Shown: positions 27,033 to 37,210 of the stretch, piece by piece
How positions within the stretch are numbered: the stretch's first letter is position 1
Layout of the letters: every line of letters starts with the position of its first letter
NCBI GenBank assembly: GCA_019561615.1
Contig: JAHEQA010000026.1
Coordinates: 1-42,729 of the forward strand
Source of the DNA: Methanothermococcus sp. SCGC AD-155-E23
GTDB lineage: Archaea; AGJL01; Methanococci; Methanococcales; Methanococcaceae
Length of the DNA stretch: 42,729 bases
Direction of reading: 5' to 3'
Position numbers and translations under genes: made by a program
The notes under the pieces: generated by a model
Told to the model about the DNA's origin: nothing
Seen by the model: only the letters and a program-made list of their open reading frames with translations
Databases searched by the model: none

Positions 27033-27989
27033 ATGCTGTTTAAAAAACTATCTACTGTGGAGAGGGTTTACAATATTGGATTGGAGGAGAGTTCCCTATT
27101 TAGTATATTTGATCACATCACCCTCTTTGTGAAGGAGGCAGAGGAGGATCTTATAAAACTTTACGATTTAAGGGTGTTGGAGAAGATACCTGTAAAGGAG
27201 ATAATGACTAGGGATATTATAACCATCAATAAAAATGAGAGTATTGACAAGTTAAGGGAGTATATTGAGAAGTACAGGCATATGGGTTATCCAGTTGTAG
27301 ATGACGAGGGAAGGCTAGTTGGAGTAGTTACATTCAGAGATCTGGAGAAAGGTGGGAATAAAAAGACCATTGAGGATATAATGACTCCAAGGGATAAGCT
27401 AATATTTATATCTCCTGAGACCTCTGCATCGGAGTCTCAGAAGATCATGGCAAGAAACGATATTGGAAGGCTGCTGGTGTTAGATGAGAAGGGGGAACTT
27501 ATAGGTATAGTAAGTAGGGGGGACATTGTAAGAACCTACAAGATATACAGTAAAGGTGCTGCAAAGATCCAGACATGTTCAAGGATTTCCAACTTCTACT
27601 TCTATGACAGGAATAAAGAGGAAAAGTTAAAGAACCTTGTAGACGATCTCATTATGTTACTTGGGGGGAGGGACTACATCATCTCTGAGAAGGAGGATTA
27701 TATAGAAGTATTAACCAAGGACTGGGAGCCTCTAGTTAAGATCATGATGTCAAGGGGTAGTATAGACCATATATCTATTACCACCAAGACCATCAATATC
27801 CTTGAGATGGATATTATAAGGGAGATCTTAAAGAAGATAGATGAGTACGCCTTTGAGGAGATAGTGCTAACTGATCACATCACCCTTATAGACGAGAAGT
27901 CCTCTATCCAGAGGGTTATTACCGACGTTACACTTTTCAACGACAGTAACAAGACCTTTGGAACTGTCACTATCAGATCTGACTTCTAA
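27033..27989 (+). CDS. CBS-pair domain protein with an uncharacterised C-terminal domain
   Basis: VKEIMTRDI..., GYPVVD..G.LVGVVT..D and IEDIMT...IGRLLV.D..G.LIGIVSRGD. Confidence 0.85.
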   Translation: MLFKKLSTVERVYNIGLEESSLFSIFDHITLFVKEAEEDLIKLYDLRVLEKIPVKEIMTRDIITINKNESIDKLREYIEKYRHMGYPVVDDEGRLVGVVTFRDLEKGGNKKTIEDIMTPRDKLIFISPETSASESQKIMARNDIGRLLVLDEKGELIGIVSRGDIVRTYKIYSKGAAKIQTCSRISNFYFYDRNKEEKLKNLVDDLIMLLGGRDYIISEKEDYIEVLTKDWEPLVKIMMSRGSIDHISITTKTINILEMDIIREILKKIDEYAFEEIVLTDHITLIDEKSSIQRVITDVTLFNDSNKTFGTVTIRSDF

Positions 27990-28003
27990 GACAGGTGAAG
28001 GAG

Positions 28004-28903
28004 ATGTACGAGATCGTTAGATATGAGGGAGGGGTCTATAGGAACAACATATTAAAGGAGTGGATTGAAGATGTTGGAGGGTTTGTAATCCAGGAGCATG
28101 TGATGCAATTGGATGTGTATATGACTGTGGCACTGCCTAGAAGTGAGTTGGAGAACTTCAAGAGGGAGGCAAAGAAGTACAAGGGTAAGGTAATTGAGAC
28201 ACCACTGGCAGGGATCGAGATAGCTGTTGTGGCTCCAAGTCTATCTAGACACCACCTACCCCATACAGCCTGTGATATAGCTGAGTACCTTAGGAGATAC
28301 GGGGCAAAATCTAACATGATAGGACTTGCCCACGGGGTAGGTAAGGATATAAGTAGTATTAAGGAGAGGGAGAAGAGGCTTATAGAGGAGCACGACCTTG
28401 CAGTCTACGTAATGGGTAACTTTGAAAGTTGTATTAAGGATAAGGTACACCTCTTTGATGTAGACATTCCTGTGGTAGTAACTGGAGGGCCTGAGAAGGT
28501 GGATATCCCCTATCCCTACGTGGGAAACCTTGGAAGGAGGCTACATAGGTTGAGGCACAGTGAGGAGAGGCAGGCCTTAAAGAGGATGGTGGAGGAGATT
28601 ACAAAGTTGATCAACAGGAGGAAGGAGGAGCTCTCTTACGACCCACCTGTAGTACCTCCAGTTGTACTTAAGGATATCCTGGAGAAGAATGTAGAGGAGA
28701 TATACGGTGTTCTCTCCCCAATGCCCATAGTTACACAGTTAGACGGTTTAAGGGTAAAGTTGGACTACGACACCTATCACGAGAAGATAGAGAAGGTTAA
28801 AGTTGGAAAGTATCTTCTCAAGGATATAGCAGAGGTTAGAAGATCCTACATGAAAAACTATATTTTAATTAAGATAAGGCCCACATCTGAGGTTGTAGGA
28901 TAA
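28004..28903 (+). CDS. mmp7: Methanogenesis marker protein 7
   Basis: YEGGVY......EWIED.GGF, SLSRHHLPH..CDIAEYLR..GAK.NMIGLA.G.G and GNF..CI motifs. Confidence 0.88.
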   Translation: MYEIVRYEGGVYRNNILKEWIEDVGGFVIQEHVMQLDVYMTVALPRSELENFKREAKKYKGKVIETPLAGIEIAVVAPSLSRHHLPHTACDIAEYLRRYGAKSNMIGLAHGVGKDISSIKEREKRLIEEHDLAVYVMGNFESCIKDKVHLFDVDIPVVVTGGPEKVDIPYPYVGNLGRRLHRLRHSEERQALKRMVEEITKLINRRKEELSYDPPVVPPVVLKDILEKNVEEIYGVLSPMPIVTQLDGLRVKLDYDTYHEKIEKVKVGKYLLKDIAEVRRSYMKNYILIKIRPTSEVVG

Positions 28904-28920
28904 ATATTTTTTGGGATACT

Positions 28921-29328
28921 ATGGAGAGGGGTACAGTGGAGATGGTAATCCCACCTGGGATTCCACAGTCTGTCATATACAGGGTTATGGAGATCTGTGG
29001 GGTGGAATACCAGGTAAAAAAAGATCCTATACTGGACAGGGAGTACCCTGTTCTATCTGGATATCCAGAACAGATAGAGGAGGCCAAAAGATATCTAAAG
29101 TTATTCACAGAGGCTAAACTGGCACTTAGGGATATTGCAACACTGGCAAGGAGGTATAAAACTGTGGCCAAGGTGTATACAGAGGATGAGGAGTTAAGTC
29201 ATATCCTAAGTATAGTTTACCAGGATATGGCAAATAAGAAGTGGATAGAGATATGTAGGGAGAGACCCTCTGATGGAGAGTACGAGACCCTGAAGATCTG
29301 TGGAAAAAAGGTATTTGTATACGTTTAA
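28921..29328 (+). CDS. Conserved hypothetical protein
   Basis: 135-aa ORF with host-like codon usage in a tight operon; IPPGIPQS motif. Confidence 0.72.
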   Translation: MERGTVEMVIPPGIPQSVIYRVMEICGVEYQVKKDPILDREYPVLSGYPEQIEEAKRYLKLFTEAKLALRDIATLARRYKTVAKVYTEDEELSHILSIVYQDMANKKWIEICRERPSDGEYETLKICGKKVFVYV

Positions 29329-29336
29329 GTGAGAGT

Positions 29337-29582
29337 ATGCACTACTCTACACTGAAGTTGAAGTTGGAGAGGGAAAGGATAGTGATAGATAAGGGCTCCT
29401 TGAAAACAAAGAGGAAATTTGCCTTTCTACTTGAGGAGGGGGATGTCCTCCTGAAAGATAGGGATAAGTTGCAAGTTCACGAGGAAGTTGAGGTAGTGGT
29501 TCACTACACCTTCACCCAGGAGGGTAAGAGACCTAAGGAGACCGTTGAAATACATAAAATTAAGGAGATAGTTAAGAGGTAA
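29337..29582 (+). CDS. Hypothetical protein (small, beta-rich)
   Basis: 81-aa ORF, 8-nt gap from the previous gene, host-like codons. Confidence 0.68.
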   Translation: MHYSTLKLKLERERIVIDKGSLKTKRKFAFLLEEGDVLLKDRDKLQVHEEVEVVVHYTFTQEGKRPKETVEIHKIKEIVKR

Positions 29583-29604
29583 CCTCACTTTTTTAGGTGT
29601 TTCT

Positions 29605-29886
29605 ATGGATATAGAGGGAAAGTGTGCTATAATTCATACCCTCGGGGGTATAGTCTTTGGAATACTTGCCAACTACGTGTATAACTTAGGTTTTGGTATA
29701 TTCAGTGGGGTTGTAACTTTGATCTTTCTAACTGTTGGACTCCTAATAGTGGGCCATGCCACAGCCCTAATACTAGGTAGGGATAGTTTAAATCAGAAGC
29801 AGTGGTTTGGATGTGGAGTACTACCCTATTTTTTTACCGCTATAGTCTTCTGGATATTAGCTTACAACGGGGTATTCTTCTGGTGA
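29605..29886 (+). CDS. Small 3-TM membrane protein, DUF5379/EMC6-like
   Basis: 93 aa with three hydrophobic helices and a W...G..PY......W.L.YN tail. The family call is from memory. Confidence 0.6.
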   Translation: MDIEGKCAIIHTLGGIVFGILANYVYNLGFGIFSGVVTLIFLTVGLLIVGHATALILGRDSLNQKQWFGCGVLPYFFTAIVFWILAYNGVFFW

Positions 29887-29890
29887 TGGA

Positions 29891-30580
29891 ATGGTGGAGA
29901 AGGTTTACGGTGTGGGAGTAGGACCTGGAGATAGGGAGCTGTTAACCTTGAAGGCTTTAAAGGTGTTAAAAAAAGTGGAGAAGATATTTGTCCCAGTATC
30001 CAGGGAGGGTAAGCCCTCATTGGCCTACGAGGTTGTGAAGGATATTGTAGAGGGAAAACCTGTAGAGGAGTTACTATTCCCCATGATAAGGGATAAGGAG
30101 CGTTTAAAGGAATACTATCAGAGGGCTTTTGAGAGGGTTAAAAATAGCCAGGGGGAGGTGGCTGTGATTACCCTGGGAGATCCCACCCTCTACAGCACCT
30201 TCTCCTACCTCTGGAAACTCTTAAAGAAGAACAACATACCAGTGGAGATTGTAAATGGAATACCCTCTCCCTTTGCATGTGCAGGTAAGTTAAATATGCC
30301 CCTTGTTGAAGGGGGGGAGAAGTTGGCTATACTACCTAGGGGTGAGGGCCTGGAGAAGTATTTGGAGGAATTTGACACCATCGTGGTGATGAAGACAAAG
30401 AGGTTAGGGGAGATATTAAAGAGGGTATTAAGGGGGAAGAGTGACAGTTACTTAATAGGGATAGTTAGTAAAGGTTTTTGGAGGGATGAAAAAATACAGT
30501 TGGGAAGGGTTGAGGAGATAGACTTTGAGGATGTTAACCACTACCTCTCCCTAGCTATAATTAAGAGGATAAAGAGATAG
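29891..30580 (+). CDS. cbiL: Precorrin-2/cobalt-factor II C20-methyltransferase
   Basis: GVGVGPGD.ELLTLKA, LLFPM, TLGDP.LYSTF.Y and VVMK motifs. Confidence 0.9.
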   Translation: MVEKVYGVGVGPGDRELLTLKALKVLKKVEKIFVPVSREGKPSLAYEVVKDIVEGKPVEELLFPMIRDKERLKEYYQRAFERVKNSQGEVAVITLGDPTLYSTFSYLWKLLKKNNIPVEIVNGIPSPFACAGKLNMPLVEGGEKLAILPRGEGLEKYLEEFDTIVVMKTKRLGEILKRVLRGKSDSYLIGIVSKGFWRDEKIQLGRVEEIDFEDVNHYLSLAIIKRIKR

Positions 30581-30587
30581 GGATGCT

Positions 30588-31541
30588 ATGAGGGTAAGGT
30601 GTGCAAAGTTATCCCATAGGAACAAGGTCTCAGAGGGGCTTGAGAGGTTCTCCAATATAGAGATAGCGGGCTATCACTTTAACAGAGGATACATAGGAGA
30701 TGATTACGACACCTTTATCTGGACCAAGGAGATATTGAACCCCTCTGAGATAAAGGTATGGGAGGAGACTATACTACAGGAGATGGAGAGGGGTAAGAAT
30801 ATCTACAACATGGCTAGGCTCTACAGAATAGCTGATAGAGAGGAACTTAGATCTACTGCAGAGGAGTACGGTGTTAAATACTTTGACTCCTCAGATCCCC
30901 AGGCCTTCCAGAGGTATGAATATTACGCCAGGTTAGGTTTGGAGGGTATAGAGGGAAAGGTAATAACTGTAATGGGTACTGGAAGGAGAAGTGGTAAATT
31001 TACAACCTCCCTTGTTTTAAAGAGGGAGCTTAGTAGATACCTAGATGTAGGCTGTGTGGGTACTGAACCTCACTCAAAACTTTGCAACATGGAGGAGATG
31101 GTGATCCCCCAAGTTATACCTCTTTGTCATGTTCCCTCTACCATCTTCGGTGCCATTAAGAAGGTAGATTTAATGGGCAGGGATGTAATAGTGGTTTCAA
31201 GTCAAACTGGAATATTTTCCAACCCACTGGAGGTGGGAACTGGTAGAGGAGGAGGTGTTGTAAGTCTCTCTATCCTCTACGGTTCAAAACCAGATTACAT
31301 CCTCCTCGCCTCTGATACCTTAAATATAGAGGAGATAGAGCGTCATATAAAGGTTTTAGAGTCCCTAAGTAATGTGAAGGTTGTAGGAGTTACCATAAAT
31401 GGAAGAAAATTTAAAAACTTAGGGGAGAGATACAGGGAGTTGTTGAACAGGATCTCCAGAAGGTTGAATGTTCCAGTTAGTGACGTGGTAAGGGGAATAT
31501 ATCTTGAGGAGTTTATAGAACATATCTGTAACATCTTATAA
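30588..31541 (+). CDS. DUF1611 domain protein (P-loop-like)
   Basis: VITVMGTGRRSGKFTT...L, VGTEP and LSILYGSKPD..LL resemble the DUF1611 C-terminal domain. Confidence 0.72.
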   Translation: MRVRCAKLSHRNKVSEGLERFSNIEIAGYHFNRGYIGDDYDTFIWTKEILNPSEIKVWEETILQEMERGKNIYNMARLYRIADREELRSTAEEYGVKYFDSSDPQAFQRYEYYARLGLEGIEGKVITVMGTGRRSGKFTTSLVLKRELSRYLDVGCVGTEPHSKLCNMEEMVIPQVIPLCHVPSTIFGAIKKVDLMGRDVIVVSSQTGIFSNPLEVGTGRGGGVVSLSILYGSKPDYILLASDTLNIEEIERHIKVLESLSNVKVVGVTINGRKFKNLGERYRELLNRISRRLNVPVSDVVRGIYLEEFIEHICNIL

Positions 31542-31551
31542 GAGGGTTCTG

Positions 31552-32532
31552 ATGAAGTACAAGAGAATACTGGTAACAGGAAGTGCAGGATTTATAGGGT
31601 TTCACCTATGTAGGAGAATACTGGAGAGATACAGTGACGTTGAGATCATAGGTATTGACAACATGAACAAATACTACAACCCTGTATTAAAAGAGATGAG
31701 AAATAACATCCTAAAAAAACATGAAAATTATACTTTTTTAAAGTTGGATTTTTCCCATTATGACAGATTAGTTGAGAATCTAAAAGATAGGGATATCGAT
31801 CTCATAGTCCATCTAGGAGCCCAACCTGGAGTGAGGTACTCCTTAAAAGATCCCTGGGCCTATGAGAGATCTAACCTCTTAGGCACCTTGAACATCTTTG
31901 AATTTGCAAGGAGATTCAACATAGACAAGGTGGTTTACGCCTCCTCCTCCTCAGTTTATGGTGGTAATAAGAAGATACCCTTCAGTGAGGATGACAGGAC
32001 AGATTACCCTATATCCCTCTACGCCGCAACGAAGAAGGCCAATGAACTTATGGCCTATACCTACCATCACCTCTACGGTATAGAGATGGTGGGGTTAAGG
32101 TTCTTCACAGTCTATGGGGAATGGGGAAGGCCAGATATGGCTTACTTTAAATTTGCCAAGAGTATCCTCCTGGGAAAACCCATAGATGTTTACAACTATG
32201 GAAAGATGGAAAGAGACTTTACTTATATCTCAGATGTTGTAGATGGGATAGTGTCCTCCATGGAGAGGAGTTTCAATTACGAGATATTCAACCTTGGGAA
32301 TTCAAAACCTGTAAAGCTGATGTACTTCATAGAGTTGTTGGAGAGGTATCTAGGCAAAACTGTGAAGAAGAACCTTCTACCTATGCAGGAGGGAGAGGTA
32401 GTAGTAACTTACGCAGACCTGAGAAAGAGTAGAGAGCTACTAGACTATAACCCTAAGGTATCCATTGAGGAGGGGCTTAGAAGGTTCTGCAACTGGTTTC
32501 TAGAAAATAAAGAGTGGATTTTGAAGTTGTAA
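31552..32532 (+). CDS. NAD-dependent epimerase, UDP-glucuronate 4-epimerase type
   Basis: TGSAGFIGFH, HLGAQPGVRYS, ASSSSVYG, YAATKKANE, RFFTVYG.WGRPDMA and RDFTYI motifs. Confidence 0.92.
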   Translation: MKYKRILVTGSAGFIGFHLCRRILERYSDVEIIGIDNMNKYYNPVLKEMRNNILKKHENYTFLKLDFSHYDRLVENLKDRDIDLIVHLGAQPGVRYSLKDPWAYERSNLLGTLNIFEFARRFNIDKVVYASSSSVYGGNKKIPFSEDDRTDYPISLYAATKKANELMAYTYHHLYGIEMVGLRFFTVYGEWGRPDMAYFKFAKSILLGKPIDVYNYGKMERDFTYISDVVDGIVSSMERSFNYEIFNLGNSKPVKLMYFIELLERYLGKTVKKNLLPMQEGEVVVTYADLRKSRELLDYNPKVSIEEGLRRFCNWFLENKEWILKL

Positions 32533-32544
32533 AGGGAGATAGAG

Positions 32545-34440
32545 ATGTGTGGTATCAACGGTATTATAAGGTTAGAAGGTAAGGTAGAGAGAGAAGAGAT
32601 AGAAAAAATGAATAAAGAGATAGAGCACAGGGGCCCTGATGACAGGGGAGTCTATATAGATAGGGAGGGTTCCATAGGTTTAGGGCATGTTAGGTTGTCC
32701 ATCTTGGATCTAAGTGAGAGGGGACATCAACCCATGGGCTACGACATAGATAACGATACCATTATCTACAGGGATGAGGAGCTTGATAGGGCCGATTTAA
32801 TAGTAGTCTTCAACGGGGAGATCTACAACTACCTGGAGTTAAGGGAGAAGTATAATTTGAAGACTGAAACTGGAACAGATACCGAGGTTATCCTAAAGCT
32901 CTACAGTATCCTTGGCACTAATTGTGTTAAGGAGTTCAACGGCATGTGGGCCTTTGCACTTTACGACAGAAGGAAAAATCTTATTTTTTTCTCCAGGGAT
33001 AGGTTAGGGGTTAAACCCCTCTACTACTACTGGGATGGAAAGGAGTTTGTATTCTCCTCGGAGTTAAAGGGCATCGTTGCTGTAAAGGAGATAAATCGAA
33101 GGGAGAACATAGATAAAGAGGCTGTCCAACTTTACTTCGCCCTGGGGTTTATACCCTCCCCTTACTCCATCTATAAAAATACTTTTAAGTTAGAACCTAG
33201 ACAGAATCTAATTCTACACCTGGATAACTTCAAGGTTGAAAAGCACTACTACTGGGAGTTACCTAAGTACAATCCCATCTACGATAAGAAGAAATTAATC
33301 GAGGAGGGGAAGAAACTTTTAAGGGATGCTGTGAGGATAAGGATGAGGAGTGACGTGCCAGTGGGGGCCTTCTTAAGTGGAGGGCTAGACAGTTCCACAG
33401 TGGTTGCAGTTATGAGGGAGTTTACAGATCTAAGTAAGTTGCACACCTTTTCCATAGGTTTTGAGGGGGAGTACGATGAGACACCCTATATAGAGGAGGT
33501 TGTAAAGGTCTTCAAAACCAACCACCATCACTACTACTTTACAGAGAAGGACTTTTTGGAATTAATAGACAAGTACTCCTGGGTTTACGACGAGCCCTTT
33601 GGAGACTACAGTGGATTTCCCACCTATAAAGTAAGTGAGTTGGCCAGGAGGTACGTTACAGTGGTTCTAAGTGGAGATGGGGGAGATGAGGTTTTTGGGG
33701 GCTATTTAACCCATGTAAATGGATACAGGATGGATCTTATAAGAAAACTACCAAAGATACTGCGAGTTATAGGATCAAAGATACCTGTAAAGAGAAATTT
33801 AAGTAGCCTTGCCAGCCTCTACCTACTGAAAGAGGCCTTTAAACTCTCTTTGGAAGATCCAGAGGATTTTTACTCTAAATCTTTGGAGGGTAGTGCTATT
33901 AGGCCAGAAGCTTATAAGAAATGGACTAGGGAAAAGTTAAGATACTGTTTAAAAAAAGGTGGTAATAAATTAGGGGAGGCTTTAAGAATCTTTGACTTAC
34001 TTTACAACACCTTAGCAGATAACTTTTTAGTTAAAGTTGACAGGGCATCCATGGCACATGCCTTAGAGGTAAGGAGTCCCTTTTTAGATTACAGGTTTGC
34101 AGAGTTTAGCCAGAGGATACCTAGGGAGTGGAAGGTAGATCTCTTTAAAACTAAGAAGTTGATGAGGGAGATCATTAAAGATATTCTACCTGAGAAAATT
34201 GTTAAAAGGGGGAAGCAGGGATTCACTCCACCCCTGGAGGAGTGGATACTGAAGGAGAGGTATTTAAAAGAGATATTTGAGAAAGTTGAGATCCTAAAGG
34301 AGATCGACGAGTATCTATACAGGTTTTACAGGGAGAAAGTTTTTAAGCATAAAAAGGAGAGGATGTACAGGATCTACTTGATTAGATTGTTTCTATTTAT
34401 AAGATGGTGGGAGAGATGGATAGAATACGATAAAAAGTGA
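32545..34440 (+). CDS. asnB: Asparagine synthase (glutamine-hydrolysing) family amidotransferase, likely glycan-modifying
   Basis: N-terminal MCGI, HRGPD, FNGEIYN, RDRLGVKP, LSGGLDSS, SGDGGDE and EVRSPFLD motifs; embedded among glycosyltransferases. Confidence 0.92.
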   Translation: MCGINGIIRLEGKVEREEIEKMNKEIEHRGPDDRGVYIDREGSIGLGHVRLSILDLSERGHQPMGYDIDNDTIIYRDEELDRADLIVVFNGEIYNYLELREKYNLKTETGTDTEVILKLYSILGTNCVKEFNGMWAFALYDRRKNLIFFSRDRLGVKPLYYYWDGKEFVFSSELKGIVAVKEINRRENIDKEAVQLYFALGFIPSPYSIYKNTFKLEPRQNLILHLDNFKVEKHYYWELPKYNPIYDKKKLIEEGKKLLRDAVRIRMRSDVPVGAFLSGGLDSSTVVAVMREFTDLSKLHTFSIGFEGEYDETPYIEEVVKVFKTNHHHYYFTEKDFLELIDKYSWVYDEPFGDYSGFPTYKVSELARRYVTVVLSGDGGDEVFGGYLTHVNGYRMDLIRKLPKILRVIGSKIPVKRNLSSLASLYLLKEAFKLSLEDPEDFYSKSLEGSAIRPEAYKKWTREKLRYCLKKGGNKLGEALRIFDLLYNTLADNFLVKVDRASMAHALEVRSPFLDYRFAEFSQRIPREWKVDLFKTKKLMREIIKDILPEKIVKRGKQGFTPPLEEWILKERYLKEIFEKVEILKEIDEYLYRFYREKVFKHKKERMYRIYLIRLFLFIRWWERWIEYDKK

Positions 34441-34446
34441 TGTTCT

Positions 34447-35277
34447 ATGGAAAATCCTAAAATTTCAGTGGTTATGGCAACATACAGAGAACCTGAGGAA
34501 TATCTGAGGAAGTCTATAGAGTCAATTTTAAATCAAACCTTTAAGGATTTTGAATTTATCATCGTTCTAGACGATCCAGATAACAAGAGAAATGAAGAAA
34601 TAATCAGGGGATATACTAATAGAGATAAAAGGATAGTTTTTCTAAAGAATGAGAAAAATTTAGGCAGAGGAGCCAGTAGAAATAGAGCTATTAGCATTGC
34701 TAGGGGAAAATACATTGCTATTATGGATGCAGATGACATTGCATTACCTGAAAGGCTGGAAAAACAGTATAACTATTTAGAAGATAACAGAGATGTGGAC
34801 CTTCTATTTACATGGGCCTATTGGATTGATGAAAGGGATAATATCATAAAGATGTTTAAACCTGAGAGGCATAAAATAAAGAATATAAAAAAGTATTTTT
34901 TCAAGGAGCACTTACTTGTGCATCCTAGTATGATGATAAAAACAGAAGTATTGAAAAAATTGAAATATAGGGAAAATCTACTTAGATCTCAAGACTACGA
35001 TCTCTGGATTAGATGTATTTTAAATAATTACAACTTTGATATAGTTGAGGAATTCTTGTTAAAATACAGGGTTGTAAAGGAAGATATTAGGAAAAGAATA
35101 AGGAAACAAAAGAATTATTCAAAATATTCTACCTTAATCCTCTGGAATTATAAAAGATATTTTTATAAAGATCCCTACTTTTGGAAAGAGTTCCTTTTTC
35201 ACCTATCCATGTACCTTTTTTTGACAGTTGCACCTAAAAGTTTAATTAAGCAGTTGATAAAAATAAAGGACAAATGA
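34447..35277 (+). CDS. Glycosyltransferase family 2
   Basis: ISVVMA.Y, SILNQTF.DFEFIIV.D, YIAIMDADD...PERL and QDYDLW motifs. Confidence 0.92.
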   Translation: MENPKISVVMATYREPEEYLRKSIESILNQTFKDFEFIIVLDDPDNKRNEEIIRGYTNRDKRIVFLKNEKNLGRGASRNRAISIARGKYIAIMDADDIALPERLEKQYNYLEDNRDVDLLFTWAYWIDERDNIIKMFKPERHKIKNIKKYFFKEHLLVHPSMMIKTEVLKKLKYRENLLRSQDYDLWIRCILNNYNFDIVEEFLLKYRVVKEDIRKRIRKQKNYSKYSTLILWNYKRYFYKDPYFWKEFLFHLSMYLFLTVAPKSLIKQLIKIKDK

Positions 35278-35289
35278 AAAGGTGATAGA

Positions 35290-36142
35290 ATGGAAAAAAT
35301 AGACCCTACAGTGTATTATCAGAATTTAAAATCCATTAAATATACCCAAGACATTGCTATAAGGGGAATAATTGATAAATGCACCTATGCGTTTTACGAC
35401 TACAAATTATAAAGAGATATTTTTCAAATACGACAAAGATATAAATATCCTGGAAATTGGACCCGGTAATGGTCATTTCATAGATTGGTTAATAGCCAAC
35501 GGCTATAAGAATATAACGTTGATAGATATAGAAGAGGACAACTGTAGATACTTAAGAAAAAAATACAAATAGTATAAAAATAATTAATATCGATGCTATT
35601 AGTTATTTAGAAAATTGTGGAGAAAAGTTTAATGTTGTTTTCACTAGACATGTAATAGAGCATCTACTTTACAGTGAGATTTTTAAATTTTTTAAATATT
35701 CTTATAATGTATTATCTAAAAATGGAACGTTAGTTAATGCAACACCCAAATGCTCAAAATTTAATCTACAACTGCTATATGATGATATAATGATTTTTCT
35801 CACCATATTCTTTTTACTCCTAAATCCTACTACGAATTTTCAAAGCAATGGTTTGATACAGTTTTTATTGACGAAAAAATGCTCTCACCTTTTAAATTGT
35901 TAAATTATTACTTCTCTAAAGATGTGGATAAAAAATTGGAGTATTTAAGGAGTTTATTGAAAATAGGCAATAACTATACAGATGGGGATAACAAACCACT
36001 ATTGATGAAATTTATACTTCTATATAAGTATACTAAAAAATACCTAGCCACAAACAAATCTATAAAATTCTCAAAAAAATTTTTGCCGGATGAAAAAGTA
36101 TTTTTTCCCGTATTTATAGCAATTTCAAAACCTAAAAAATGA
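35290..36142 (+). pseudogene. Class I SAM-dependent methyltransferase pseudogene with multiple frameshifts
   Basis: ATG 35290 behind GGTGA. Fragments in different frames read MEKIDPTVYY...FYDY | NYKEIF...ILEIGPGNG...LIDIE | IINIDAISYL...FNVVFTRHVIEH...LSKNGTLVNATP | NAQN...YNDFSHHILFT | ...FFPVFIAISKPKK. Stops at 35410-35412 and 35570-35572. Confidence 0.82.
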
Positions 36143-36157
36143 TTCTCCGTGGAGATT

Positions 36158-37159
36158 ATGAAAACCTGTGCAGTAATCGTCACCTATGGAAACAGATTCC
36201 ATTTATTAAAAGAGGTTATCAAGGGATGTCTAGAGGAAAAGGTAGATAAAATAATAGTGGTGGATAACAACTCTTCACCTGAAAGTAGAGAAAGTATTAA
36301 AGAATTAGAAAAAGAGATACCTAATATGGAAGTAGTATACTTAGATGAAAACAAGGGATCAGCTGGAGGATATAAAATCGGATTAGAAAAGGCATACAAT
36401 GATAAAGAGTGTGAATTTATCTGGTTGTTAGACGACGACAACAAACCTGAAAAAGGTTCTTTAAAAATTCTAAAGGATTTCTGGAAAAAACTATATGTAA
36501 AAGATAAGGAGAAAAATGTTGCCCTACTATCTTATAGACCACTGTTTCCATTTTACAAGGAGACGGCTCTCAAAAATGATGAGAAAATTATTTTAGGGAG
36601 AATAAACAGCTTTATTGGGTTCCATATACTGGATCTTCCCCATATTACTGCCAGGTTTTTAAAAAGGGTTCTTTTTAAGAAAAATGAAGAGGCAGATAAC
36701 AAAGATTGGGGTATTGTTCCTGTAGCACCATACGGTGGTTTATTTTTCCATAGAAAACTAATAGACAATATTGGTTACCCTATGGAAGAGTTTTTCCTGT
36801 ATCAAGATGATTTTGAATATACTTACAGGATTACAAAAAAGGGCGGAAAAATCTACCTACTATTAGATAGTATAGTTGAAGATTTAGAGAGAAGTTGGGG
36901 AGCAGTAGAAAGAATGACTATATTCCATGATTATAACGAGGGACCCAAGACGAGGGTATACTACACAGTGAGAAATAGAGTTTACTTTGATTTAAAATAT
37001 AGAGTTACAAACAAATTTGTATACCTGTTAAATATGGCTTTATTTAAAACTTTGTTATTTATTTTCAACGGTTTTAGAAGTAACAAAGTATTTGAGAGAG
37101 CAGTGGAGGATGGAATAATGGGAAGATTGGGAAAGATTGATTCTAAAGAATTAGAATGA
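36158..37159 (+). CDS. Glycosyltransferase family 2 (rhamnosyl/galactofuranosyl-transferase-like)
   Basis: AVIVTY.NR, IIVVDN.S, N.GSAGGY..G, WLLDDD, FFLYQDD.EY..R and YY.VRNR motifs. Confidence 0.9.
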   Translation: MKTCAVIVTYGNRFHLLKEVIKGCLEEKVDKIIVVDNNSSPESRESIKELEKEIPNMEVVYLDENKGSAGGYKIGLEKAYNDKECEFIWLLDDDNKPEKGSLKILKDFWKKLYVKDKEKNVALLSYRPLFPFYKETALKNDEKIILGRINSFIGFHILDLPHITARFLKRVLFKKNEEADNKDWGIVPVAPYGGLFFHRKLIDNIGYPMEEFFLYQDDFEYTYRITKKGGKIYLLLDSIVEDLERSWGAVERMTIFHDYNEGPKTRVYYTVRNRVYFDLKYRVTNKFVYLLNMALFKTLLFIFNGFRSNKVFERAVEDGIMGRLGKIDSKELE

Positions 37160-37210
37160 AATGATATAAAAAAGATTTAAAAGCAGAAGAGTAATTACTT
37201 AGTGATTTAA

